From Eukaryota sp. TZLM1-RC (lineage: Eukaryota; Protista; Metamonada: BaSk clade): a stretch of DNA of 64,000 nucleotides. A program made the translations under genes and the position numbers. The notes beneath the pieces were generated by a model. The model was not told the origin of the DNA, ran no database searches, and was given only the letters and a program-made list of their open reading frames with translations. The DNA is taken from contig JAUPSS010000005.1 in NCBI GenBank assembly GCA_040285825.1, positions 1,364,001 to 1,428,000 of the forward strand. The letters are read 5' to 3'. Every line of letters starts with the position of its first letter. The first letter of the stretch is position 1. This document shows, piece after piece, positions 1-15,000 of this stretch.

Positions 1-3000
1 TCAAATATCAGTAAGTCTTCAAGTATTTCAAAGGTAATAGAGTTGACATTTCCTAAGTCAACCTCAGTACTACACATTAAAGCATCATCAAAACCATTCA
101 AAAGTGATTCACATTTCCATAAATCATTGGTGGTATTACCAAGCCTAGTTGGTGAGTATTGGAAGGAATACGAGCATGAAGAATTTGTCGTCAATGTAAT
201 AGAAGTAATTTGGTAGGTTTCAGCAAACTGAATGATCAGCTCATCTCCAGCTCGTAAACTAGAATAGCATTCACCAGATGCAACAAAGCAACACCTAGTT
301 TTATCGAATAAATGACTTAATGGTTCAGTATTGATAACCAAATCTGAATATTGAACATAAAATAGTTGATCAGGAACAAAACACCGATCAACAAAAAAAG
401 GTTCAGAATTTAACTCTAAAGTGCCAATTTCCAAGTCATAATAGTAAATACTAACCTTTACAAAGACTTTGTAAGTTGGAATAATGACCTTTTTACAAAT
501 CAGATTAAAACTATCAATCAAGACTGTAAAAAATTCACCCTCTATGACACAATATATTGGAGGTTCTAGCTCAGTATCAGTTCTAATAACAACATCTTTG
601 GGTTCGAAAATGGAAATCGTGGATTTGGATAAGAACTCAACGTCAAAAATTTGTAGTTGTGATACAATCATTGGTCCAAATAAATCAGAAATTAATTCCA
701 AATCGACAATAGTGACAGCGTTGGTCAATGTCAGATCACTTGGTTTGAAAACAATCTCAATTGTTGAAATGTAATTGTTTAAATTCTTTACAAAAGAAAT
801 CAATTTAAAAGCCAAATTCTTGCCTTCAATAGAAAGATAATAATCATTGAAGCTACTGAATGCTGCTGTAATTGACAGTATTATTGTGACAGTATCACAT
901 TTAACAAAATAATTATTTCCTAACAACTCTAATTTTGGTGGTTCAACAACATCAAATATAAACTCTTTCATAAGTTTTGACTCGTTATAATGAACCACTA
1001 ATTCAATTACACAAACTTCCAATTCAGATCCAAGCACTTCCAACTCGACATTATTGAGTGTTGATGAATGGTTAACAAAGCATTCACCCAAAGAAGTAAT
1101 TTCAAAATTTGTAAAAAGCTCGGGAAAATTAATGGCAAAATTGTAAGGAAGATTTAAAGCAATAAACTTTGACACATGGTCCAAACTAATCATTTTTGAA
1201 ACAATTTTGGAGTTTAAAGTAATGATCCTGGAGTCTGCCCGTGGACTCAAAGAATTTTCCCCAGGGTATATTTTGAAAAACTGAGAAGCGTGAAATAATT
1301 CTAAATAAGACTGAGTGTAATGGGAGTGCACAATCAATTCTGAATTAGGGAAATAAAAAGGAACAATAACAATGAAATCATCACAATTAACAGTAAGTAA
1401 ATCAACAACGCTACCAAAACCAATATACTGCAATGATTGGTAACCTATAGAGGTAAAATCAACAGTGAATGATACAAACTGTTCTGCTACATGGGAAAGA
1501 TCAATTGCTTTGCCCCCAAAGATAAATGATTTTTTCCACAAAATGCTGTTGTAGAAATCAAAATTTTCACCTGTCAAAGTCATCAAAACATCAGTTGACC
1601 TATATTCCCATTGAACTAAACTTGGACTTAACGAATCAACCGAAACAGCCTTTGGTAAGTCATGAAGAGTGTTACAATAGAATCTGGTACATAACCTCAA
1701 CCTTGCTTCGGTTTTGCCTTCCTGGAATACTAACTTGACAGACATACATCCAGTTTCAAGAACCTTGTAGTCAATTACCTGGACGTCACCCTCACTTTGT
1801 GGATAATAATCGTATATATTGATAGAGTATAAATCTGCACATATTTCAATTATACATAATTGCTTAGTGATACATATGAATTCTGTAGGTAAAACAGAAA
1901 AATCAACAATTGGTAGTTCAATCAAATGTGCAAAATCATGAGAAAGTTCAATCAGGAGCTGCAAATTATCTACTCCAGAAAGGTCAAAATGGAGCTCAAA
2001 TTCAGTTGGACCAGCAACCTTCCAGTTTAAAGGAACATTTCCAACAACTTCTATTTCATTGCATTGGGTAAGAGTATCAAAGGTTAATTTCTGATTAAAT
2101 GTCAGAGTAATTACCTCAACAAAAGGGTCGAGTGACTGTGTACTCACATTATATGATGGCAAGTTGACTGACCATTTATAAATATTTGATGCTAAACCAT
2201 CAACTTCAACTACAAGCGAAACATTGGAAGAAAAGTCACAAATATTGTGTACTTGTAAAGATAATTCAGTATGATTGACAGAAGCAACAGAATAAAGTAG
2301 ATTTGCATTATTAAAATTAACATGAATGGCATCTGTACTGTTGAAAAAGTTTTGCCCTTTGATGAATACAATATTTTGAAACGAAAAAGGATCAGGGTCA
2401 ACATTATACAAAACAGGTAGTTCAAAACAAAAGGTCATAAATACAACAATGTCATCAAGACTTCGTTTGACTTCTAAGACATGACAACCCGTACCTGGAG
2501 GAACATTAACGGTAATGTTCTCGTGTTTGATGGGTGTCCCTGGTATAGTAAAAATAATAGTACTACTGGAAATGAATAATAAATCATGACCTAAATTAGT
2601 TCCATTCAATATAAATTCTTTACCCTGAGTTGGTATTGGAGGGAGTGCAACCGTGGGTGCACACAAGTCAAAAACTTGTTTATGGTTAAATTGTAACTGT
2701 GGTAACGAAAAATGCACTTCAAAATGACGAAGGGAGCTGTGAACAGCATAATTATCCTCAAACATTATTGAAATAAAATCAATAGAGGAAAATATTTGTT
2801 TTGAAACAGAATGGAATACTTCAATAAACACAAAATATCTTATTAGTTCAGCATTATCAAAGCTCAACTCAATACTCCATTCCTTTGTACCAACACATTC
2901 ATCAATAGATGATAATGTACCAATCATTAACTCTAAATTTAGGTATTTATCTTTGCCCAAAATCGAGCTTTTCTCGTCCAACTCAATCGACGTCGCTAAT

Positions 3001-6000
3001 ACTGAATGATTTGTATTTAAGTGCATTGTAGAATTGATAAGAGATATCTTTGTGGCAAATAAATTGTTAGGAAACTCGAGCAAATATGCAGTCGAGTCTT
3101 TGATCGATAGTTCCAAGAAAAGTGTTACATCAACAACACAGCCAATCAAGTTTGATTGAAAAATGATAAATGTTGAATTAATCGAATTCATCATAGAGTT
3201 TTTATCATTGCAAGCGAAAACATTAGATATTCCATTAAAACTATGGCCAGCCATTTCTAATTGAGTCACCTCTAAATAGCTCTTGTCTATATCAAATAAG
3301 TGACCATTGACAATCGTGAGATTGGTTAAAAAAGTTCTAAGAAACTGATTAATTGATTCTAGTGAATAAAATAATGAATAAATCTCACAGTCAGAAACAA
3401 AAAAATCAATCAAACACAATTGAGAGTCAATAACTTCAATTAAGGGAGAATGAGAAATAAAATTTTCAATGGAAATATTTCTAATGGCAACATAACTGGA
3501 GTCTTGGGCTAGCAATAACTGGCCTATTGAGTCACTAACAACAGCATTATTTAACTCAAAGCTGGATGATGTGGAATTAATGAATAAAGAGCATTGATAA
3601 TTGGACAGATTTAGCGAAGTAAAAACCACTTCACTAGTGATGGCTTCTATGAGATTTACGTTGGAGTTTACAACAAAACAATCAGTAATATGGATAAATG
3701 AATTGGTAGCAAAAATAAGTGAGGGATCCAATGAACCAAAATTAGTGAACATTAATGAATTATCAAAAGCAGTTACATCATTTGCGTAATCGATTGCTAA
3801 ATCATTCTCTGCATCAGACAGTTGTTCTTTAACATTATCAAATCCTAAACCGGTGGCTTGAAAGTTGCAATTGGTTAATATAATTTGCCAAACTTGTTTT
3901 GAATTACCAAAATGTACATTGTTGATAAAAATAGTGGAATCCGTGCCAACAATAGATGATGCTTGTGAATCAACAACAACTACATCATCAAAATTAAGTT
4001 TAGAATTATCAAGTGTAATAAGAGGGTTTTCATTGGTACATTGATCGATAAATTCGATGTGTTTAAATGTAACGATGGATTCCGACAAGGAAATAGACTT
4101 TGCAATTCCAGAAAAAAAGAACTTGATAAAAGTGAATTCCAAATTGGAATTGCTTACAATAACTTCACATGAAATGTGTATTTCGGTCATTTGTGAGTCA
4201 CGTTCACCTTGAAATACTACATCCAAAAATTTTAAATCTAAATCGAAATTAGTTCCATTATAAACACCTTCTTTCAAAATAATTGTCCCGTTATTACCCA
4301 TTTTTTCAATGATTTTACTCACTGACAAACAAGGGTATGAAGAGGGACCACAACACTCGTCATTAATTCCATTGGCGGACAAGTAAAATTTTGAAGGACA
4401 CATTTTCATGTTGTTCACAGTTGCAGAATCCAGAGTCAATGTGTGACACGCTGAATTTACAAAACATCCATTGAAATCAACAATTCCATTAATAACCACA
4501 TTACTGTTGATTTCTATTATACCAGTTCCAACAATTTTAGAACTTTCTGAAAACACTACTTCGGAATCAAACGACACTTTACCATCATTTGAAACATTTA
4601 ATCTAGAATCGACCAAAGTGTGGCATTTCGTGAACAAAAGATGAGAATCAACAAGAAGCTCACCTCCGTTCAATTCAGCAAAGTTAAATTCAAAAGTTCC
4701 AGATTTAACATGTAATAATTTTTGGTTTTTGTAAATAGCAGAACATCCTTCAAGTTTGGCCAAAGATTGTGTTTCAATAGTAAAATTGGGACTAGAAACT
4801 ACACAGTTATCGGTACCTAGAACAGTTCCAGATTCAAAGACTCCAGACAAAATATTGAGGTTAGTATTACAAATCTTCTCTCCATCAGTTTTGATTGTAA
4901 ACTCTTGGAGGGAGAAGACTTCAGAACCAACAAACTCACCTGATTCAAAAACAAAATCTGCCACAGACCATGCAGAAGCAGAGTTAATAAGACCACCTTG
5001 GAACTGATAGTTGGTAATAATTGGATCAGAAACTAAAGATGAAACATAAAGCAAGCCACCAGCCTGTTGAAACTTATTTAAGGTAAACTCATCAGAAACA
5101 TCCAAAATTTCAATTAGACCATCAGTCAAAGTGAAAAGACCGGGAGAGCTTTTAATAGTGGTATCTTCATCAAATGTGAGAATAGAATTTTCATAATTAA
5201 AATCATAGTCAATGTCTCCCCAATAAATAGAACAGTTACTGAAAGTGATAAAAGCATCATTTACTACCAGATTTGGCGAGTATAACCTAACATTAGAATT
5301 AAAAAAGGCAAATCCAGAGTTGATAGTAAGAATGGTGTCTGAGCCAATTTCAAACTGACCTGAAACAATACCAAAGCCATTTACATTAAAATGACCTTTT
5401 TTGAGCTTGAAACGCCCAGATTGTTGGGTAATATTCCAATCAAAATTGACTACTCTGAATGTTTCAATTACTAAATCATTTCTATTAATTAAATAAGGCA
5501 ACGATGCATTTTGGTTGTCAAGGAGTACCCAATTTCCTGCTTGAAGATTCAAGTCACCTTTATTGACAAATTTAGCGCCAACATCACCATATAAATCATA
5601 CTTAATTAACCCAGAACCATAATTGACAAATGAAGTGCTTTCCCCAAGTACATGATAAATCTTATTTTCTTTTGGTTGATTTATTTCAGGATCTAATTCC
5701 AAGAAGAAGGCAGCTAGAGGTTCAATTAAAATAAAGGATCTACCATGGATAACACCTCTGTACCAAGTGAATGAACAGGTGATGGACAACAGTTCACCAA
5801 GATGAAACTTGTAATCACCCTTCAAAGTGAAATCACATATTTCATTATCTTCTTCAAAAATTAACTCAGTCCCTTCCAGAATGATGCCAGTTGGTCTACA
5901 CATGGTTGCATTTTCTCTTATAATAATTGTTCCAGCAGGTCCAATGACTGCAAAATCAAAGCAAACAAACCCATCAAAAGACAATAAAGATCCAGGAGTC

Positions 6001-9000
6001 ATTTTAAGTGTTGATCTATTTGCATAAAACCAACTTTCTTCATCAAAAATATAGGGATAAGGAATACCTACTTCAAGAGTAGATCCAGGGGAGGAAAGTA
6101 AACGTGATGAATTGGAATGAAAGCCTCCAGAAAGAACTTTCATTACAAAATCATCTGGAATAGTGATATTGGCTGAATTTTGTAACTCCCATTCCAAAGT
6201 AAATCCATTTCCACTCTCAAACAACTCCATTCCATTGTTAACGTAAACTACTGGCAAACTATCTGGTGTGGTGTGGGGTAGTTCGGTATCCATATCAATA
6301 ATAGAATATTCTGGGGTGAAATCAAGCAGGAAAAATCCACCATCTAACACTTGTAGAATATCGTTAAAAACAACACTTGCGTTTTTACCACCAACAATGG
6401 GACAGTCTCGACGCCATTCAACTGGACCATTGAAAATAACAGTTGCAAAATCACCTACATCTTTTTCCCAAGTATCGTGAATAACACAGCCCTTTTCAGC
6501 AATAGTAACTGACTGCTTGTCACCAGAAGAAATGAAACCACCACCTTCTCGCCAATCAAATTGATTAGCAATATAAAGTGTATCAAAACCACCTCGGAAA
6601 CCTCCCTGAATAGTAAGTGAATGTAGGTGAATATGTAATCCAGTAATAAATGACACAATACCTTGCACTCTTATATGAAGTCTTTCAAATTTTCCTCCTT
6701 CAACAATAGTAAAGTTTTCAAAAACAACATGACTACCTCTAACAGTAAGAGAAACATCTTCTGTAATACGAGCTCCTTCGGTAATGATTAATTGACCATG
6801 GTCTTGGACTTGGGATTCAAAAAGTGAAAACTCAGTTTTAATATAGATAATCCCTGTAGCTTCCCTAATAATGAAATAAAAACCATTACCGACAATTCTA
6901 GAACCAGGAGCATCTTCAAAAGTAAAAGGATCTCCAACAACTCCAATTCTAGTATTTGGTTGACAAATGACTTCATAAACAGAAAAACCACCTCCAGCCA
7001 TTAAAAACTCTCCGAATTGTAGATCAACCAGACCATAGTTTTCAAAATAAAATTCATTTGAAAAAGTGGAAACAAACATCGTAAGGGTTCCTTGGTTGAG
7101 GAGGATTGACCTTGTGTTGTTGCAAGAGTCATCAATCCATGTAAGAGCTTGTAGAAATATCATCTCTGCGTTTTCCTCGTTAATAATTTGGGCTTCTGAA
7201 CCATAAAATATTCCAAAACCGATAACATCAAATTCTCCTCTATTAATTAAAACAGAATGATTATACATAAAACGATCAAAACCTTGAGGCGCAGCTTCCG
7301 CTGTGTTCAGGATAACTACCATTGCATTTTCCCCAAACCCACCACCTTGCCAATCTAAATGATTGGTTACGTGAACCTCGTCATAACCACCAGAAAAACC
7401 ATTAATCAAAACCAAATCGGCGATAGTAATCAAGGTATTGGTGAAAAAGTTGACATCACCGTAATGGCAAGTTACTGTTCGAAGAGGTACCATTTGTGAA
7501 ACCTTGTTGAACCTTGCTTCGCCATAAACAACCTCAAGATTAAAAGAATTTGCCAAAAAGGCATCATCATCAAATATCAAAGTACCTTCATTTATACGTA
7601 CATCTGAATCAGTACAGAAGTAACCATGTAAATGAACAACTGCATTGGAATAAAGACGAACTTCACCGTGACAAATAACTCTTGAAGTTGGTCCCAGAAC
7701 CGATAGTTCCGACTCTGAATGGAAAGCCAAAGTACCAGGTGTATTGATAGTAAAGTTGCCATTACCAAGCACAGCAGCATAAGCTTCGAAAGTACCAAAT
7801 TCGATATTAAATTCGCCATTTACCTTGAAGTTCCAGAAACTCCTGAAACGTACCAAGAATGGCATCAAATTGAGCTCTCCATTAATTACAAACAGGGCAT
7901 CACAAACCTTGGGAGTAAGTGATGAATTACCAGACCGATGATTACAAACAAGTTCCGTATTAGAGGTTAAAGTTAAGGAACCAGTGGGACTAATTTCAAA
8001 CGTAGAGTCATCAAAACCATTGAAAGCACCACTTCCAGTCCATCGAACTTCGTCATGAACAATGACGTGGACCATATTTTCAAGGCGTTTAGCAGAATTA
8101 CTGGTGATATCCAATGGATTGAATATATCAACAACCATATCACCACTGAAACCACCTCCTCTCCATTCAAAAACTTCATCAGAATTGATATCAGTAGAAT
8201 TAATCACAATGTTATCTCCTGTTCCTTTAATAGTACCCCTATCATCCAATACACCATAACCATCAAAAGTAACTAAACCAATACCAGTTTCAAAACTCAT
8301 AGTTGCATCATCAATTACTTCAAAGCCTCGAACACTGCCTAAATCATTGGTTAAATGGTGGAAATTCAAAGTAGCATTAGAGGAAATGTGAATTCTGGAT
8401 AAAGAGAGATCCACAGGGCCTGTAAAAGTGACAAAACCAGTATCATATTGAAGATTTTGGAATGAAAATACGTGTCGAACTTCCACATGAGCAGCACAAT
8501 GATCAGGTCTAAATTGGGCTGGTTGAAGGGAAAAGGTATCTAATTGTTCAATTACTCTGGATGTATTATGGAAGATATACTTGGCGTTATAAGATCTTCT
8601 CCAACAAGCTCCAGATTCTTCAAAGAAAACTCTGCATGAATCTTCAATGAAGTAATCATCATAGACATCAAGAGAACCCCTAAATCTAATTGTACCTCCT
8701 GTATGGTTAAAACTGTTTCTAATTGAGATAGAAGTATACCAACGACGAACATGACTTCCTTCAAGTATTGTATAAGGACCATGGAAACTGACAGTTTGGC
8801 CTGTACCATCAAATCTGGACCGAAGAATAGTTGTTGGACATTCAGAAGTGATTAATGAAGAGTCTTGTAATCTAACAGTGTTTCCTGTATCAATATCCAA
8901 TTGAGCTGAGGGTAAAAAGACAATTCTGGATGTATCTCTTATGGTTTTGGTTCTAGAACTACTACTGCAGTGTTCAATTCTACCAATTCGGCTCACATAA

Positions 9001-12000
9001 ATCTTACCAGAACCACTTATATAACCACAACGCCAAATAAAATCTTTTACATAAATGTCATCTGAACCACTCTTATGACCACCATCAAGAATGAAAGAAT
9101 TTAGGGTTAAATCATGCGTGGTGCTAAATTCAGCTTCACCGTTGAAGAGTTCCACATCAGTAAATGAAGTAGCTTCTGAAGTTTGTCCAAATCTAATAAA
9201 TTCAGATGAAGTCATTCTCAACACTTTAGAGGTAACGGGTTCTTGTAAACCATAAATATAAACATCAGAAGTAGTGGCAACATCGAAAACATCCAAAGAA
9301 AAGTTTCCTGTAACAGATGTAGAATGATCAATGGTTAAAACAGAGCGATCTCGAAGATAAAATTCTGTAATGTTAAGAATAGCGTGTTCACCAAAATACC
9401 AAGCACCATTACCTTGACTGAATACATGGCTTAGATCCCAATAGCCATTGAACAAAACTTCAAGTCTCCATTCTCTCGGATCTGAATTTCTGACAGCATG
9501 GTCTCTATTGCCGGGATTCCAACCATGCAAATGCATATTACCTGCACCACTTGCCACACTACCTTTTCTAAAGTCATGGTTCCAAGGACCTAAGAGTAAT
9601 TGTGCATCTTCCTCAAGGAAATAACGAGCAGATGCGTAAGAAACAGATGGTGCATCAAAAAAGACAGTAACACCGTCAGCAGCAGTAAATATATTGTGCT
9701 GTAAAACTCTTAATTCCAAATCAACTCTAATATCTTCAGTAGGAAAATCTAAAACACCATCATTGATGAGATAATGATACCTTTCACGATTACGACCACC
9801 AGATGGATATCGAGTGTTAAATTCAACGGGATCAACAAATCTTGCATGGCCATCAGCCAATACACGTATATTTACCCTAGCATTTGAATCCCTTGCATCC
9901 ATGGTAACATCCCCAGGACCTCCAATAAAAGCATCATTATGAATATTTAAATCCATATTATTACTCATTCCCCTTCCCTTGGCGTTAGTAGAGTTAAGCT
10001 TATACAAAACATCCAATTGACGAATAGCTAACTCACCACCATTCCAGTCAAGAAAATCAACTTCAAGAATATCAGTCCCGTGAATAGAAGATTGATTGTA
10101 GGATTCGTAAGTGTTGTCTTGTTTTCTATCAAAACCTATTTGCCTTAGACAATCACTACTGAAAAAGTCACTTTCATCTGGAAGATTCATTGTAATTGAA
10201 TCTATTGAAAGTTGATTACCAGTATTGAGAGATAAGTACCCATGGTTTACGGTTAAAGAAGGGGTACTCCAATCGTAATCGAAATCAGTTAGTCTCAAGG
10301 CACCACCATTATTAATTTCCTGTTCGTCAGGGATAATAAATGGTAAAACATGGTGAACAATATCAAGAGTTCCTCCGTTAATATCTAAATTAGGGAACAA
10401 AAGACCATAAATAGACCTAATATGACGTAGCCTACCACATTCATTCAACACTACAGATTCATAAGTAAAGTTCTGACCACTTTCCAAACCAAAATAAGTA
10501 CTACGATCAAAAGAAACATAACCTCGTCGTATAACCAGCTTATTAATAGGATGTCTTGCTTCTTCAAGGAAAAACAACCGTCCAAATGATTGAGTATGGT
10601 CTGTGAGTAGGTCAAAAATACCATTAAATCGGACATATGAACCATCAGTTCTAAAGTCAATTCTACAGGTAGGGCAAGAGATTGCTGAAGTAGGTGTGAA
10701 TAAGTGATGTGTGTCTTGATTTTGGTTCATTTCAGAGTTAAAAGCAAGTAAACACGTAGGGCAAAGGGTAATATTGGATTCAATAACACCACCACCAGTT
10801 CCAAGAGCTAATTCGAAATCCAGAACTTCATTAATAGTATTTCGTTTCAGCTCAACTTTCCAGTGAAGAAGACGTTGTTTGGTAGCGTTTCTAAAATATA
10901 ATTCGCCATAATTGCGGAAAATTCCAATACGATTGACATTATTGTTGTCTTGAACAGAAAATACAAAATCTCCAATAACATTAGTGACATTCATCAACTC
11001 CAGAGTACCACTATAATCACCACGAATATCACCATTGTCCACATCAATTGTACACAATACATTTGCCGCTAACTTGGTACTAGATCCATGAATTAATTTA
11101 TCATTGGAGGTATAAATAGTTAAAGGTTCGTCAGATTCTGTGATACCTCCCCTAAATCCTCCACCTTTAAAATGAATTTCATGGTGAACAACGGCTCGAT
11201 CACTACCATCTCTTGTGGCAGTATGTCGATGGGCACCATCTAATACCAACTGGTCAATATTAACAAAATATCGAGTATTTAATCGTAAGGTACCTTGAAT
11301 AATTTCAACATTATACAGAATGATAGGAAACTTACCAGAAAAGTCCTTCATTTCAACCAAAGATCCGCCTTTTATTTCAAAAGAAGGAACAATAAAATCA
11401 TCTTGAATTTTTTCAAATAAAAAGTCAGTACCATGGGGTTCAAATACTTCAATAGTGAATAAAGGAAGGGTAATAAACTCGCACTCGCCCCCAATACCAG
11501 ATAATTCAGTAATATTTGAATACTCGTCACCATTTCTGATGCTTGCATCAGCATTTCCTGATAAAGTAAATAGTGGACTATTGAGGTGCAAAAAGCGATT
11601 AATAGTTAATCTAGCAGATACGTGAATCTGATCTTCTATTAAAACATCAACAACTCTTTCAAGTGTTAATGTAGACCCTGAGATTGCTGTTAGTTTTGGT
11701 GTGTAAAATTCCAAGCCAACATGTTCAAATGTAGTTCTTCCACCAGTAGTTTTAATTTCAGTCAACACTCGAACAGTACCTTCAACATTAGAGAACAGGA
11801 TAACAGACCCATGGGTACCAGTAAACTTGTCATCAATCAACAAGTCTTTGTGTAAATCTTTAAAAGTAACCTCACCACCAAGGGAGAAACTTTCTGGGGT
11901 CCAAACATTATTGTAAACATTACTAATGAATAAAGTATGTCCAGTCTCAACATACAAACCACTTTCAAATATCAACCAATCATATAGATAAATTAAGGAA

Positions 12001-15000
12001 AAACAACCTGCTAAATTCCGAGGTTTTGAAATAAAAGTGGTATTGAGCAAAACATCTTTAAATGTAGCTTCTCCCCCTTCAAAATCAACCGCATCAAAGG
12101 TAAGATAGTTATTAATTTCGTCAACAATTAATTCTCCATCGGTTTGTTTCAAAAGGCTGATGAAGAAGGGCTGACTAACTTCGGTAATGGTGAATTTACC
12201 TCCATGAATTGCTAATAAATCAAAGTCAAAAATTTCACTTCGTTCTTTACCTTCGTAAAGGTTTAATACCCCATCATGAATAGTAATGGTATCAAGGTCT
12301 ATGCAAGTCTTATTAGTAAAAGTAAACGTACCTATATTGTGTACAAAATCAAGAGTTAAATTGTATCTCCCACTAAATACTATTTCACCTAAACGATTAG
12401 TACGCAAAGTAGCCTTTAAACCATCAAAAACTGCATCTTCAGTGACAATAACCGAGGAATTATAAACATCAAAAGTGGTAAAAGGATCGAGATTGAACAA
12501 TCCATCAAGTGTAGCATTGCCCTGAAACTGCCTAAATACTGTGGATTTTAAATCAAAAACACCAGCATTAGTTTGTAAAAACTTGAGTTGATTTGTTAAA
12601 TGACCAGTGTCAGGTAGTTTGATGAAGTTGCCATTATTAATAAAAATGGGCAAATCAGCACTGTCCGTTCTATTTACATCCATTACTGAAAAGAAAAAAT
12701 TATCTAAGTCGCTACATAAAACATCTCCACATAGGTGTCCAAATTGAAGCAAACCATTATTAGCAAATACTGAATTTTGGTAAGAGTAAAAGGTAAAATC
12801 ATCAACAAAAGCCATGGTTCCATTATTAGTAACTGAGGCATTAAAACTCAGATGTTTGATGTAACAGTCTTCGAATAATACAAAAGAGTTTGAACCAAAA
12901 ACCAACTCAAATTGTTCTCCCTTATCTCTATGGGAACCAATTTTACCATTCTTCCAGAATCCTGATTGTGTTATTACTACAGCATCGGTGCCTTCAATAT
13001 TACCAGAAATGAACTCGAATACAGCAATTGTAACATCGGTTCCAGTGGAAAAATGTAGAACTCCACCATTTACATTCAAATAAGGAATGTAAAGGTGGGA
13101 AATAATATCTTCAAAATAAATACAGCCACCATTGTGTACAGAAACAAAATTATCAAAATTAATTAATTCAGAACCTCTTACTACCATAGAACAATAGTCA
13201 AAACAAGACCAAGAATCAGCAGTGAGGTTGGCATTACTACCAAAATGAATTAAACCGCGATCAAAGGAAGCAGTCAGCAACTCAAATTGACCGGAAACAT
13301 TGAGGGTTGAATATTGATGAAGGGAAAGTAATCCATTAATTACAGTATTAGAACCTTGGCCAAAAGATAGCAATTCAAAACCAAAGGCATAACCAAACTT
13401 GGTTCTATAAGGACCTAGTTCCAAATGAGAAGACTCTTTGGAATAGAATACACCCAGTGATTCACCACCAGCTGCTAAATAAAGTTTTCCCTTATCCAGA
13501 TTAAATGAACCGAATTTGGCAATAAAAAACTCAAATGAACAAATTAAATCAGCGGGAGAAATTTTACTTGCTTGACCCTTAATAATGAAACGGGGGACAT
13601 TATGAAAAGTTGAGGGTTTGACTGATCTGGGGTAAAACAAAGATTCACCGTTTAAATCAAAGTATGCAAATTCATCAACAATAATAGAGGCAAGAGAGTG
13701 TCCAATAATAAAACCTTCATTCCAAACAGCATGATTAACAACTGTGATACTAGAATTAGCTAGTAACACCTTGTCAAAGGTCTTTTCAAAATAAATAAAT
13801 TGGGATGTAATGTAAAGGTCAACTGAGCCAGAATGGAAAAAGAATTCTTCAGACTCAACAGTGTCAATACCCGTAACTAGAGAATCATTTAACAAGAGGT
13901 GTCCTGTTTCAATAACATGGCAAGTGTTGCTAATGAAAACAGACTGCTTTTCAATAGTGCAATCACTAATTCTAATTGGGGTATCATTTTCTAGGAAGGA
14001 AACAGTTGAATATTTGAAATCTAAATAATGAATAAGAGGATTGGTCAATTGTTGAGTAGACATTGTGGCATTGAATAAGGAAACATCTATAATTTCCAAA
14101 TCCTTACATTTAGCAAAATGAATCCATCCACTTTCGATATAAGTTTGATGAATGAGGAATGGAGAATGAATATCTTCCCAAATTACAGTTGATTCAGTAC
14201 CATTCTGGACAAAGTTGATAATATTCAAAACCCTGTGTAAATCAGAAACTTCTAAATAACCAGACACAAACAAGTAATTCAAAGTCCACAAAGAACCTTC
14301 GTTACCAGAAAACTTAACCACCGCAGGATACTCAATAACTAAGTCAGTGATGGTGAAAGTAGATCCAGGTTCAAAATAAATACTTCCAAAACCAAAGAAT
14401 AGGTTCTCATTTAAGGAGTAATTACCATAAAATAAAACTTCAAGTGGATCTCCAATATAAGTGAAGTTGGAGTTGCGATCAGTGTAATTGACAGAAAAAT
14501 GCATATCAGATCCAAGTAATAGGGAACTAGAGTAGACAATAACTGATCCCTTTTCCAAGATATCAAAGGTTCCAAAACCAGAAAATTCCATAAACCCATG
14601 AACATCACCACCATTAGACAGAACAATTGATGATGAATAACCAAATAAGTACCCATTATGAACCAAGTGAACGTCAATTTCAAGTGTTCCGAAATGAATA
14701 GAACTTGTGCCATTTAAAACAAAAAAATTGTTGGAGCTATTAAGAGAATTTGAAACAAAAGAAGGAGAATCATAGAAATCAACGACAGAATGGTCTAAAA
14801 AAGCTAAACTTGAATGAGAATAAAACTCAAGATTTACAAAATCATCAACAATAGCACTGTTTAATACCGTAATACTGGCATTAGACATGGACTTTGAGGT
14901 AGGACTAGACAAAATAACATGAGAATAATCACCAACAATAATTGAAACTTCACTAAAATCACCTCCAAACCAATTAAAATGGTCGGTAATATGCACAGTA